Assembly (NCBI RefSeq): GCF_001447785.1
Contig: NW_015173679.1
Span: 962,205-1,026,204, forward strand
Direction: 5' to 3'
Length of the DNA stretch: 64,000 nt
Source of the DNA: Gekko japonicus
Taxonomy: Eukaryota
The position numbers and the translations under genes are program-made. Shown piece by piece: positions 26,901-38,900 of the stretch. The notes below the pieces were generated by a model. The model ran no database searches and was not told the origin of the DNA. It saw nothing but the letters and a program-made list of their open reading frames with translations. Numbering within the stretch: position 1 is the first letter of the stretch; every line of letters starts with the position of its first letter.

Positions 26901-29900
26901 AAATTTGTTTTAAGTATCCCAGATTTGCAGAAAAGTCTGTAAAAATTTTTTTTACATTGAGTTAAACCCTGCCTGTCAAATAACAGAAGCAGCACCCATA
27001 GCTTAAAAAACAAATACCCTCAGTTATTGTTGCTAGGCAACCACACCAGTATTGCCACCCTGCAAGCCTTGGTTTGAGTCAGAAAAAGGATGAGGGAAAG
27101 GAAGAGCTGTTTCCAGGGCTATTTTGGCCTTTAAGGGTGTACTCATCAGGGTCAGGCCTGGCAGCAACCACTGGGTGACTTGCATGACCCACCTAGGCCT
27201 GGCTACTTGCTCCTCCTATTCAACAGCAGTCACCTCATGGAAGTCAGTGTTTAGTAGTGGCTAGAGTTTGGTTCAAATCATCACTCTGCTGTGGAAGCTC
27301 ACTACGTGACCTTGGTCCAGTTACACATTCTCAACCTAACTTACCTCACAGGGTTGTTGTGAGGATAAAATGGAAGAATTATATAAGCTGCTTTGGGTGC
27401 TCACTGTGCAGAAAGGCAGGATATAAATGAAATAAACAACAGACATAGCAGGAGATGGGTAGCATCTCTGGTTGGTGGATGAAAATGAAGTAGGGAATGG
27501 CAAAGATATGGGGGTACCAAGAGGGAGGAAAGAGGAAATAGCATGGCTAAGTGGATGCAGAGAAAATGAGGTGTCCCCTGTAAGTCCTTGGGGTTCCCCA
27601 TCATGCAACTGTGCCTGGCCTGGTGTCCACAAGTGAGCCATAGTTTTCCTAGGTACAGGCTCCCAGGGGGAGAGAAGGAAGGAAGGTTGGCTGGTGGTTG
27701 GGAAGGAAAGATGAAAGTAGGTAAAGGGGAGAGTCTATGGGGGCTTTCAGGGAAGAATAAGAGAAAATAATGGGAGAGAGTTCTTGCAGGTCTCCCACTT
27801 GTCCATACATATTTTTGAACAGGCAAAACATTTATCAGTTTGTTGTGAGAAAGAGACCAATCAAATGTAAATTAATCTGGCAGAGTATGTTGTAAACAAA
27901 TTGGTAAACATGACTAGCTTGAGTTTATATGGAATATCATTGTAACCATGTTATTCAATCAGGGTGTTTTACAAACTTTACATGCTATCCTATGGTAGCA
28001 CTGCCTCCCTGTGGATTAAAACAGAAATATGTCTATAAATGTAAGCCTTTACATAGAAGTAATGATATCATTTTCTGCCTTTATATTTGTTACTTACCTC
28101 TAACCAAGCCAGCATGGAACACATGACAAAATCCCACTCGCTATCCAGCAGAGAGGAAGAATTTTTCAGCAACAGAGAAAGGAAACGTATCATCTCAATA
28201 TTGAATCCAAGTAACTGAGGACTTGCTTCCTTTAGATTGCTTGGACATGGAGAAGAAGAGTTAAGATAATAAGCGCATGTTTTTATATGTAAAGATTCTT
28301 TATTTTTGACCCTTGTTCAGCTGCTCCTTAATAATTACTAGCATTATTGCATTGTACAACTTTGTTTTACTTTCTGAGAAGGCTTACATTCCTATACTGG
28401 AGATCTGAGACTTTCACTATGTGAGTCTTCCTCCATATGAAGAAGTAACTCCTCTGCCCAAAATAGCTCTTTCTCCAAAACGTTCAACAGAAGAGAGTTT
28501 CAGAGTGAACCTAGTAAACACTATAATTGCAAATGTGTAAAAATGTAATCATAATAAGAAAGTACATAAGTATCACCCACCAGCTAAAAAGAAAGATGTC
28601 TTCATAGTCATGTCGCCAGGATATAATTATTTTTAATATTCCAGGCATTAATTCTCCACAATCAATGTTTCCACCACTCAAGCAAGAATTTAAAACAGCA
28701 AGATATCCAAAAGGTCCTATAACAGAGTCAAATACCAGGTTTAAAAGGCTATATTAAATGTCCTGGCACATAACAAGAAAACAAAGATCAGAATGTGCAT
28801 TTAGAAATAAAGCGTACAAATGAAATCCACAAGTCAACAGACAGAATTATGACCCTTAAGGAGTTTTCATATTGTCTTGAAAGACAGAAGCAACTAACAT
28901 CTGATTACATTTTTGCACTGAAAATCCTGCTTCTAAAATTTAATATAGCACTGGAGAAAAAAAATAAGGGGACTGACCATCAATCTCAGAAAGCTCAATT
29001 TTGTCGCACATCATAAGTTTAGCAGTACACTGAATGACAAGCTCTTCCTTATCTTCTTCAAGTAAAAATGGAGACAGGTTCTGAAGTGTGTGCAAGTTGC
29101 CTTCTGTTAAAGGGAAAAAACTGGCCATGGAAATGAGACAAAGTGAATATGGAAACAAATATTGGTTATTCAATATATATTGAAATATCTAATAGTCTGG
29201 AAGAGCCATGGAACAGAGAGAGAAGACTTCATATGCAGTTTTAGGAAAGATGCCTTTAGGGTTGCCAGCCCCACGGTGGGAGCAGGGGAACCCCTGCGTT
29301 TGCAGGCTCTTGCCTGCCGCCGGCCAGTTGCCTGGTGGGGAAAAATCCCGCCCCCAACTGACCTTTTAGTTTCAAGCCTACTTCGGGCATACTTCTGGTT
29401 GGGATTTATATAAGACTCAAATGCTAGGCTAGATCAGCATTACCTGCATCAGTCCTCATTATTTATTTGTCTGTGTACCTCATATGGTAAATATGCTTTC
29501 CTTGGAGCGAATCTTTGTCACACCTGAGAGCCAGGGTGGTGGGTATATGCATGTTTTAAATTGTTAGCTGCCTTGGTGGCCCTATGAGGGCAGAAAGGCA
29601 GGGTACAAATCTTGTATACTAATACTGGTAATGGTACTGGTAGTAGTATTAATATCATCATCATCATCATTATGATCAGCGTCTCTAATGAAGACTTGGG
29701 GGACCCATTCAGCCATGATGTTCAGTGAGTGACCTTGGGCCAATCACTCTCTCTAAGTCTGACCTACCATATAGGCTTGTGAGGATAAACTGGAGGCAAG
29801 GAGAACCATGTTGCTTCCCCAAGCTCCTGAGAGGATAAGCAGGACACAAATAAAGTGAAATGAGATTGCCATCTTGGCTCCAAACTGTAACCAAGTTAGA

Positions 29901-32900
29901 ACATCCACACACTGCACATATAGCTAATATGTGATTTTGTCCCTGCCACCTCTTTTGAGACTAGAATAACGCTTCTCTTTCTAGCATTAAATTCACAATG
30001 ACAATTCCTGCTTTGTCAATGAGCCAACAGCAGACAGAGGGCTGGACCCAGCCAGCTTTTTCATTCAGTATCAACCAGTCCCCCCCGCCCCCCATCCAAC
30101 TATAACGCCTATGCAACAAGACTTTTGTACATCCAGGTACCATGATCCCCAGCACAGCCCTTTTTTTGGCGGTGAATGAGGAACCCCTTCTTCCTCTTTC
30201 ATCATCAGAAAAGCTGGTTGGATCCATCCCACAATAAGACTCTCCAAGAAATCAGAGCATACTACCTTTCTGTTGTATTGAAAAGGGCTTTTATCTCACA
30301 GGATGAAATATTCTTTGTATTTATCATTTTAGCCAAAGTTAAGGTCCAAAGTCTTCCACTCTCTTTTGATCTATGAAAGAACAGAAGGGTATCCATGATA
30401 CACCTGATTTGTTTAGGAAATAAAAAGATGTTCATTTCCATGAAGAATTCACAAGACAATAATATTTTGAAGATAAGGAAAATTATATCCAAAGAGGCAG
30501 AATGACAGAACTTCTACTAGAAAGCAACAAAAGCACAGGAATTAGACTATGTACTTACCTTTTAAATAAGATTTGTAATAGACAGGGAATATTACTAAGA
30601 GCACATAATTTCTCAGATGAAATATTCATTACTTCGAGCTTCTGAAGAAATTCAAGAAGCAGGCACGGTGGGTTTGCTAGTTCTTCAATCCATTGTAATG
30701 CATAAAGCTGTTCTGCAACTAAAGAAAAAAGTCAACAACATAAAGCATTCCATAGTAAACATTTGAAAAGGAATGAAATGCCCAGATGAAAATAATAATA
30801 ATAATACTTTCAATTTATTAATCGCTTTCCCCAGTGGGCTCAAAGCGATGTACAGTTACACATTAGACAGTGGACTAACAATGTTCAAAGGGGATAAGGA
30901 GGACAACATATATTCATTTTTAATTGCACACGCTGTCACTGCACGGTGGAAATGTCTTCTGGCTTGGCTCAGTCATTTTCCGAACGGCTGCTTGTTGACC
31001 AGGCTTCAGGACCCGTATGTCACATCGCCACAATACCACCGCCTGGCCGGAGACATCCACTGCAGGGATTTTTGTAGCCGAGAAGTTCTTTCGCCTTTTT
31101 CCGACCACGACCAGGAAGTCCCGACCGTCAGCTAACACCCTCCCACAAGGGAGATTGGTGTGCCCACCCTCTCTAAGGAGTGGTTCCCATTTTATCTACT
31201 CGCTGAAGCTTTTGAATCGCTGGGTGGATGAGCTGGGGACAACAGGCTGGCTGCTCACACCAGCGCAGGGCTTGAACTAACACAGTTCGGATGTTAAGAC
31301 AGTGGGATGTTAACAGTCACTAAGGAAAACTGGCAGTAGGTTACTACTGTTATAAATGTTATAAATGCTGTGTTGGATCCACTGACTACCTTGCCCCCAA
31401 GCTAGATCTGGACTGGTCTGGACCCTATAGATCCATTCTACTAGTGATAGTGCTTTCCTTTGGTACGAGGAACCTTCCCCTGATGCAAAAGGGTCTTCCT
31501 CTCACAAAGGTGAAGAGTATCTCTGTAGCAGAACAGCTCTGTGGGATCCAATCCAATGACTCCCCTTTTGCTAAGTCCTCTTCTTTCAAAGCAAAGGCAA
31601 AACAAAAGCAGAATGGAACCAATGGATCAAACCATAATGCTTTAGTCTCTAGCAGGACTTAGTTCACCAAGATCTTTACAGATAGAATTCCAACTGAGAC
31701 CAGCTGACATTCCCTTTTTCCTAGTTTTAAATTCAGGGTACCATTCAATGGGCCACACTGGTCTGCTTGTTGTTCACATAAACATTCTTATGCATGCAAA
31801 GTCTTCCCCATTCAATTCAACTGAGGAGGCAGATTTGGGTACAGAAAGCTCATATCTGTGCTGCCAATGAGCAGAATGTGCATGAGAAAGTTCTGTGTGA
31901 GCAGAAAAATACCCACAGTGCTTTAAGTCAGTCAGAGCTTCAAGAAACAGCAAGCTATAGAAAGCACAACATAAAAGTGGATTATTTTATCTAAAATTAT
32001 GCTTACCAATTCATAACTTTTAAAATGTTGGAGGCAGGACTCAGGCAACGCAGCCAGAGGATAGGGAGATCTTCTGTGTGACAGATCAGGGAGCCAACTG
32101 ATTTGGGAGCGTGTGGAATGTCCAGGAGAGTCCATAATCAAAACACAATTATATATAAGGAGAGATTACATTCTAGAGAAATAAAAAATCAAGGCTTAAC
32201 TTCCCAGTTTATACACAAAGCACCTTTGCCGCATACACCAGCATTAGCAGTGGTAACATGCCTCTGAGCAGTTACAAAATAATCTTGCTCACTTTAAAAA
32301 ACACAATTATATATAAGGAGAGATTACATTCTAGAGAAATAAAAAATCAAGGCTTAACTTCCCAGTTTATACACAAAGCACCTTTGCCGCATACACCAGC
32401 ATTAGCAGTGGTAACATGCCTCTGAGCAGTTACAAAATAATCTTGCTCACTTTAATGAGATTACAATGTACGTAAGTATTTACAAGATCAGACCATGGTA
32501 CAATTCCTTTTGAAAATCACAGTCAACTTCATTACAACACATTAAGAGGGTAAAAGACCCACACCAAGTTGATTTGGGGCATTTACAATACTTTATATAT
32601 TTGCAATTTCCCCAGCTAAATAACTTCCTTCTTTCTGAAAAGATGCTTTTGCAACATAAACACAGGTATACATAAAGCACACAGAAAAGTGCATCTACTA
32701 GAAACAACTATAATACTATTGTTTATTTAAAAGTACTGATCACTATGGTTATATCTAAAACTTAATTACTACAAACATGTTAGTATTTACAAAAGAATCT
32801 GTAAATGATAAATAAGAGAGGTAGAGTTTGTAAGAAGGGTGGAGATTTTTTCACTTCCACTCAGACCCAAGCTTGGGGGTCTGCCCCATCTTTCTGCTAC

Positions 32901-35900
32901 TATAGCTGCCTGATATCTCTGTTTGTGCTATAAGAACTGACTCCTTCCAAACTCCTGAAGGCCTTCACTCCAAGGCTGTTGACAGTGTGTCTGCAAATTA
33001 GGATTCTTGGCTATATCTGCAGAGAATATTACTGCCATTATGAAAAGCCTATCTGAGTTGGGGAGGTAAGAAAAAATGCTGTCCCCAATTAGGTAAAGGT
33101 ATAGCAGTAGCCCTTGATGAAGCTGTTAATGTGGAGCACAGAAGACCAGAAAAGGAGGTGGGGGGCAGTCTCTCCTTCCACTGCAAAGGACAAGGATTTC
33201 TTAATGTGCAAGGCCTATAACCTTTGAGGTAACTACACACCTTTCTTCAGTAATGGAGAACATGTAAATGTTTATATTTGAAATAAATATCCTGTGCAAT
33301 ATACATGTTTGCACTCTCCATATTCAAGTTTTCATCTCTTGCATAGATTTTTAGTTCACAGCACAAATTTTCTTTGGTAATGTGAGGACACACTGCACTG
33401 TATAAGTCAACTCTGTACCTCAGTAGATAGGGAATCCTGCATCTTTTCCCATTCACATTTGCTTGGGGTCAGCCATTCAATGTAGTCTTTCAAAATATAA
33501 GCAGAAACTTCATCAGCTTCCAACAGTTCAGTTAGCAAATCACTGACTGCAGAAATCAAAACCTGCAGACTGACATGAAAGGAAACCAGCATTTTACATG
33601 AAGAATAAAGCACAATAGCAAAATCTGTAGCAGCCTAAGGAAACAAGTCATAAGACTATGTAGCTACCTTTTAACATCCATCACAGATGACTGAAGCTGG
33701 TTCTTCACCCAGAATGCAGATCTCTGCAGGAAGGTGCTCTCTTTATGCATACCACCAGGCTGATGCACAAGTGATGTTAACCCACACATCCAAGTGTGCT
33801 TCAGCTTATTTACAAGGAAATCTACATCAATAAAAGAAAACAGCACAGTGCTTTAACTGCTGGACTACACTGAGAGTAATGCAAATGTTAATCTCTCTAC
33901 CTCAGCGCTATGATTAAGAACTGACTTGCTTTTGAAACGATTTTATGCTGTCCTTATGTCACCCCCAGTGTTTATATATCTTCTAAAAATCTGAGGGAGA
34001 ATCCCATGAGTGGGGAATGAAGCCAGAGCACTCTGGAGCAAGCAGGATGATGACTAACCAGGCCTTCCTTCTCCTGCCTGCTGGAGGAGGTGGAAGACGT
34101 AATCCCACATATTGGGCAACCCCCCCACCAAAGAAGCATCAATCAGCAGGATGATGACTAACCAGGCCTTCCTTTTCCTGCCTGCTGGAGGAGGTGGAAG
34201 AAGTAATCCCACATACTGGGCATCCCCCCACCAAAGAAGCGTCAATAAGCAGCTGACCTGGCTAAATGGAAATGTACCTGACAAATATGTTGTAGCCTGG
34301 CTTTTTGCACACAACTGAAAGATGGTGAACAACAAATCTTCTGATGATGGCATCAACAAGCATCCTTTAACTGAGCTAAAGAAGTTAGAGGCTACATCAC
34401 AGATGAATGACACAGATGGCTCAGCATTTCCAGCTTCTGAAAGATCCTTCGCTTTAGAAAGAGCCGCTTGAAGTTTGTCAATTATCCTTTTGACATAAAC
34501 TTCACCAATCAAGGACTCTATTGATAGAAAAGGACAGAGTATGTTAAATTGCTCTGTGATCAGTAAAAGCGCGGCATATCCTGTGCTCTGAACGTTCCAC
34601 CACATTCGTTAACTAGACCTGAAACAATCATGGATACCTCTTTTCAGTGAATCCAATGAGGCTACATTCCACATATTAGAAACCCCGGTCTTGACTGCTT
34701 ATTTTGACATTATCTTAGGTCTGGCTTAACAGTGTCAGTGTCTCACACTTCCTACCAATGCCTTGAAGTTTGTCAATTATCCTTTTGACATAAACTTCAC
34801 CAATCAAGGACTCTATTGATAGAAAAGGACAGAGTATGTTAAATTGCTCTGTGATCAGTAAAAGCGCTGCATATCCTGTGCTCTAAACGTTCCACCACAT
34901 TAGTTAACTAGACCTGAAACGATCATGGATACCTCTTTTCAGTGAATCTAATGAGGCTACATTCCACATATTAGAAACCCCGGTCTTGACTGCTTATTTT
35001 GACATTATCTTAGGTCTGGCTTAACAGTGTCAGTGTCTCACACTTCCTACCAATGCCAGGCCTGTGATATTAACACATTTATTATTTCAAAGAAACCTGT
35101 ACATTTTAATTCTAATTCATGTTTTTAATGTAATTTATTTATTCTATGTAATTTCAGGTTTTTATGTAAGCCATCCTAAGCGGTCCTCGTATTCATTTGG
35201 AAACAGGTGACCCTTAAATACATTCTGTTACATACACACACACACACGTAAATAAAATACTAAGCTCATTTTGGTCAGGCTAACTATGATCAAAAGATGG
35301 ACCCAGTTACTTGCATTGTAGCAGTAGTGAGAGATTTATTTATTCATTAATACACTGCCCTTCTCCCCATTAGGGATCCAAAGCAGCTCACACCATTCTT
35401 ATCTCCTCCATTTTATCCTCACAACAGCCCTTTGAGGTAGGTTAGGCTAAAAGGGTGTGACTGGCCCCAGGGTAAGCTGGCAAGCTTCCATGGCAGAGCA
35501 GAGATTCATACTATACCATACTGGCTCTTCCTCTGAAGAAAAGGCATCTTTGCTCACCCTTCAGTTGAGAGTGTCATGATGTATTCTTGCAACCAAGAAT
35601 TTTTTCAGGGCTCACAGGCACCTTTTTGGCCTAGGGACTGCCACAGAACACAAGCAAGCAGAAACATTCGCTTTTCTCTTGTGAATCTAGAGCCCCCCAA
35701 ATGTATCTCAGAAACTGAATAGGAAGGGAAACAGCCCTGAACCAGTGTCCTGTGTAGGCTTGCTTGCCCCATCAGATCTCCTCTGAAGCAGAGCATTCAG
35801 GTCCAGACAGTGAGGCTTGGGAGCATTGATACATGCAGGCAGCCGGGAGCTGGAACAGAAGGGAAGGAACTGGATGCTAGAACAGGAACCGGAAGCAAGA

Positions 35901-38900
35901 AGCTGGCACACAGGCTTGTGCCTAGGGGACTGGCTGATCCATCAAGGCAGCTTTCCCCTGCCTTGGCTGAAATAGGGTGGGATGTTATCAGGCTCAGCTG
36001 CCCTGCTGGCAGGTGTTGAGCTCCTGCAGCTGCACTGTGCATGGGCCAAGATCCTGCAAAAAAATTATTGTCCCCACTGTTTGGCTCTGGGATGGGGTTG
36101 CATGCAGCCAGTCGAGCACTTTGCCCCCACTTTGGGGCCACCTCGGTCTGGGCCTTCTGCCACCACCATTCCTGCAGAGTGAGAGCATCTTGCCCAGCAG
36201 AAGCCTGGTGGCTATTTCCAGGGCCAGTGGTGAGGCCTCCCTTGCAAACTCTGGCAAGATAGCTTCTGGTGCTGCAGGAGCCCTGTCAGGCCTCCATCAT
36301 GATAGGCTCTCCCTGGTCCTGCTTGTCCTCCTCAGCTGGTGGTCTTGGCTCCTCGGGCTCTTCCTCTTCCTCTGAGTCGCTGAGCTGGTTGGCGGGGGCC
36401 ACCATGGCAGTCAGGATTGCTTCCCTCCTTTAATAGTTCCCTTCCCATTCAGCTCCAGAGACTGCCCCAGGTTTTCTCCCTTCCCTTATTGTGGTGCAAG
36501 CAAAGCAGCCATTTTCATTTTGTGGCTGCCAGCTGTATACAGAAAAAAAGGTGGGAGATGGACCATATCTTCCTTCAAATGGATATTTTAGTGGGTAACT
36601 TACTAAACAGCTTAAATTCTAGTGTTAAGAGATCTGCCTTTTGGCAGTACTGTTAGAAGCCATCCAGGTTATTAGATTCAGATACTGGCTTGGCAACAAA
36701 CCTCAAATTGCAAAGATTTGCAACAGAGAAAATTCAGATGACACGACCTGTCTTAAAAGGGGGCATGATCACTACATAACAATTGTCTCTGTCTAGCAAT
36801 AAGCTTAAAAATCCAGAATGTAATCCATTCTGATCAGTGGGGCTTGAGCACACATTTTTCTAGACCAAACTTTTTATTTATTTATTTTTAAATAATGAAA
36901 ATAAAAAAGGAATCTTGTAGCACCTTAAATTTAGGCTTCAGTAAATTTGCTAGTCTTTAAGATACCAAAGAGCAGGGGTCATGTCATAGAAAAAGAGCTG
37001 CAGGAGCTCATTAGCATATGGTATGCTAATGAGCTACTAGGCTATTAGCATAAGAGCTCATTAGCATATGCAACGCCCCCTGACAACACCGGAAGTGGTG
37101 AAATAAAATACTAAGCTCATTTTGGTCAGTCTATGATCAAAAGATGGACCCATTGTAGCAGTAGTGAGAGATTTATTTATTCATTAATACACTGCCCTTC
37201 TCCCCATTAGGGATCCAAAGCAGCTCACACCATTCTTATCTCCTCCATTTTATCCTCACAACAGCCCTTTGAGGTAGGTTAGGCTAAAAGGGTGTGACTG
37301 GCCCCAGGGTAAGCTGGCAAGCTTCCATGGCAGAGCAGAGATTCATACTATACCATACTGGCTCTTCCTCTGAAGAAAAGGCATCTTTGCTCACCCTTCA
37401 GTTGAGAGTGTCATGATGTATTCTTGCAACCAAGAATTTTTTCAGGGCTCACAGGCACCTTTTTGGCCTAGGGACTGCCACAGAACACAAGCAAGCAGAA
37501 ACATTCGCTTTTCTCTTGTGAATCTAGAGCCCCCCAAATGTATCTCTGCTCCGGCCCGCTCTGGCCCCAAAAGACTCCTGCCAAAGAGTACTTTTTTTTC
37601 CTTCAACAAACTAACACAGTGCCACACTAGAAAAATGTTGGGCAGACTCGGAAATAGGACCATCCTTTGGGAAACAGCCCTGAACCAGTGTCCTGTGCTC
37701 TGTAGGCTTGCCCCATCAGATCTCCTCTGAAGCAGAGCATTCAGGTCCAGACAGTGAGGCTTGGGAGCATTGATACATATCAATAGAAAGACAATAACAT
37801 AGTCCAACAATAATATATTTAATGGTCCTTTTTGCCTTAGACTAACTGCAATTTTCAAAATAGACCCAGGAATCCCATGACACATATGGAGAAGCTGTAT
37901 ACACTAAGTTACATGTTTCTCCTCCATCTAGCTCCAGAATACCTTCAATACACACAGCTAAAGCAACACAATTTTATAAATGTGGGCTTTTGCACTTGTG
38001 TAAAACAAATAAGAAAACTTGCAATAGAACATATGTTAAGAGATTACCAAGCTGAATGCATGACATACCAGTCAACTGACAGGTCAAACACTGTCAATTG
38101 TCAATCAACTATTTGTTATTTGACTATAGTCACACATACAGGAGGTGGCGGATTTTACTGCTCTGTGACAGCCTTTCACACCATCTGGGGTACTGTTCCA
38201 GAAGGCTCCTGACCATCATGGAGGATGGGACCATCATGGGGGAAGCAGACGCCAAGTGTGACTGGAAGCAATTATTCCGGACTCAAACCAATATGTACCA
38301 AGTAAGAACAAAAAAGCTGACAATACCTTTTGAATTATTTGAAGGAGAATCTTCCACTTCAGATCCATCTAAAACCAGAGAAAGTTGAAATATTATGTAA
38401 CGTGGGGAGCCCTGCTCATTTCCTAGAGTGGCTTTGTTTAGGGACCTCTGTCACATAGACGTTCACATACATATGACCTCCAATCAGCACTCACCCCCAC
38501 AAATTCATAAGTAAATATACTGCAAGAGAAGCACAGCCACCCTTTTCTTAGCTTAGCTTCATAATTCTTCATGAGCCAACTGAGCCTCAGCAAACTGATG
38601 CTAGCTGGGGAAAGAGATTTGGACTCTTATTTATTTACCTCTATATTCTGGCCAGGAAATAAAACGCTGATGAGATTGCATTATGGACAGCTTCCCAGTT
38701 TATGAAGGTATGCTAAATGACTGGAATATTCTTTTGCTTAAAAAGTCGTCATCAGTAAGTTTGCAGAGGTGCCCCATATTAATTTGGGCACATACGCAGC
38801 ATTTCATGGCATACAGTGGATAGCTAGGGTGAGCTACTGTAAGAAATTTTTAAAACTAGTTAAAATCTAGTTTCAGGATTGCAGTAACGCTGCTCATTTT

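Noticed and set aside
33049-33180. Acceptor followed by TGG (WKERLPP...) as LTN1 exon 16
   Set aside because: No similarity to the expected peptide beyond the first Trp, and no credible donor in the right phase.
35520-35630. SPEK...LKGE peptide in the duplicated block as an exon 12 remnant
   Set aside because: The spacing does not match, it contains a stop, and it is consistent with chance.
35797-36375. Several overlapping ORFs of 66-132 aa
   Set aside because: GC-rich LTR-like repeat sequence with no recognisable domain or splice structure.
36604-36746. AG...GTAAGT-bounded segment as LTN1 exon 12
   Set aside because: In-frame stop, wrong phase and no similarity.
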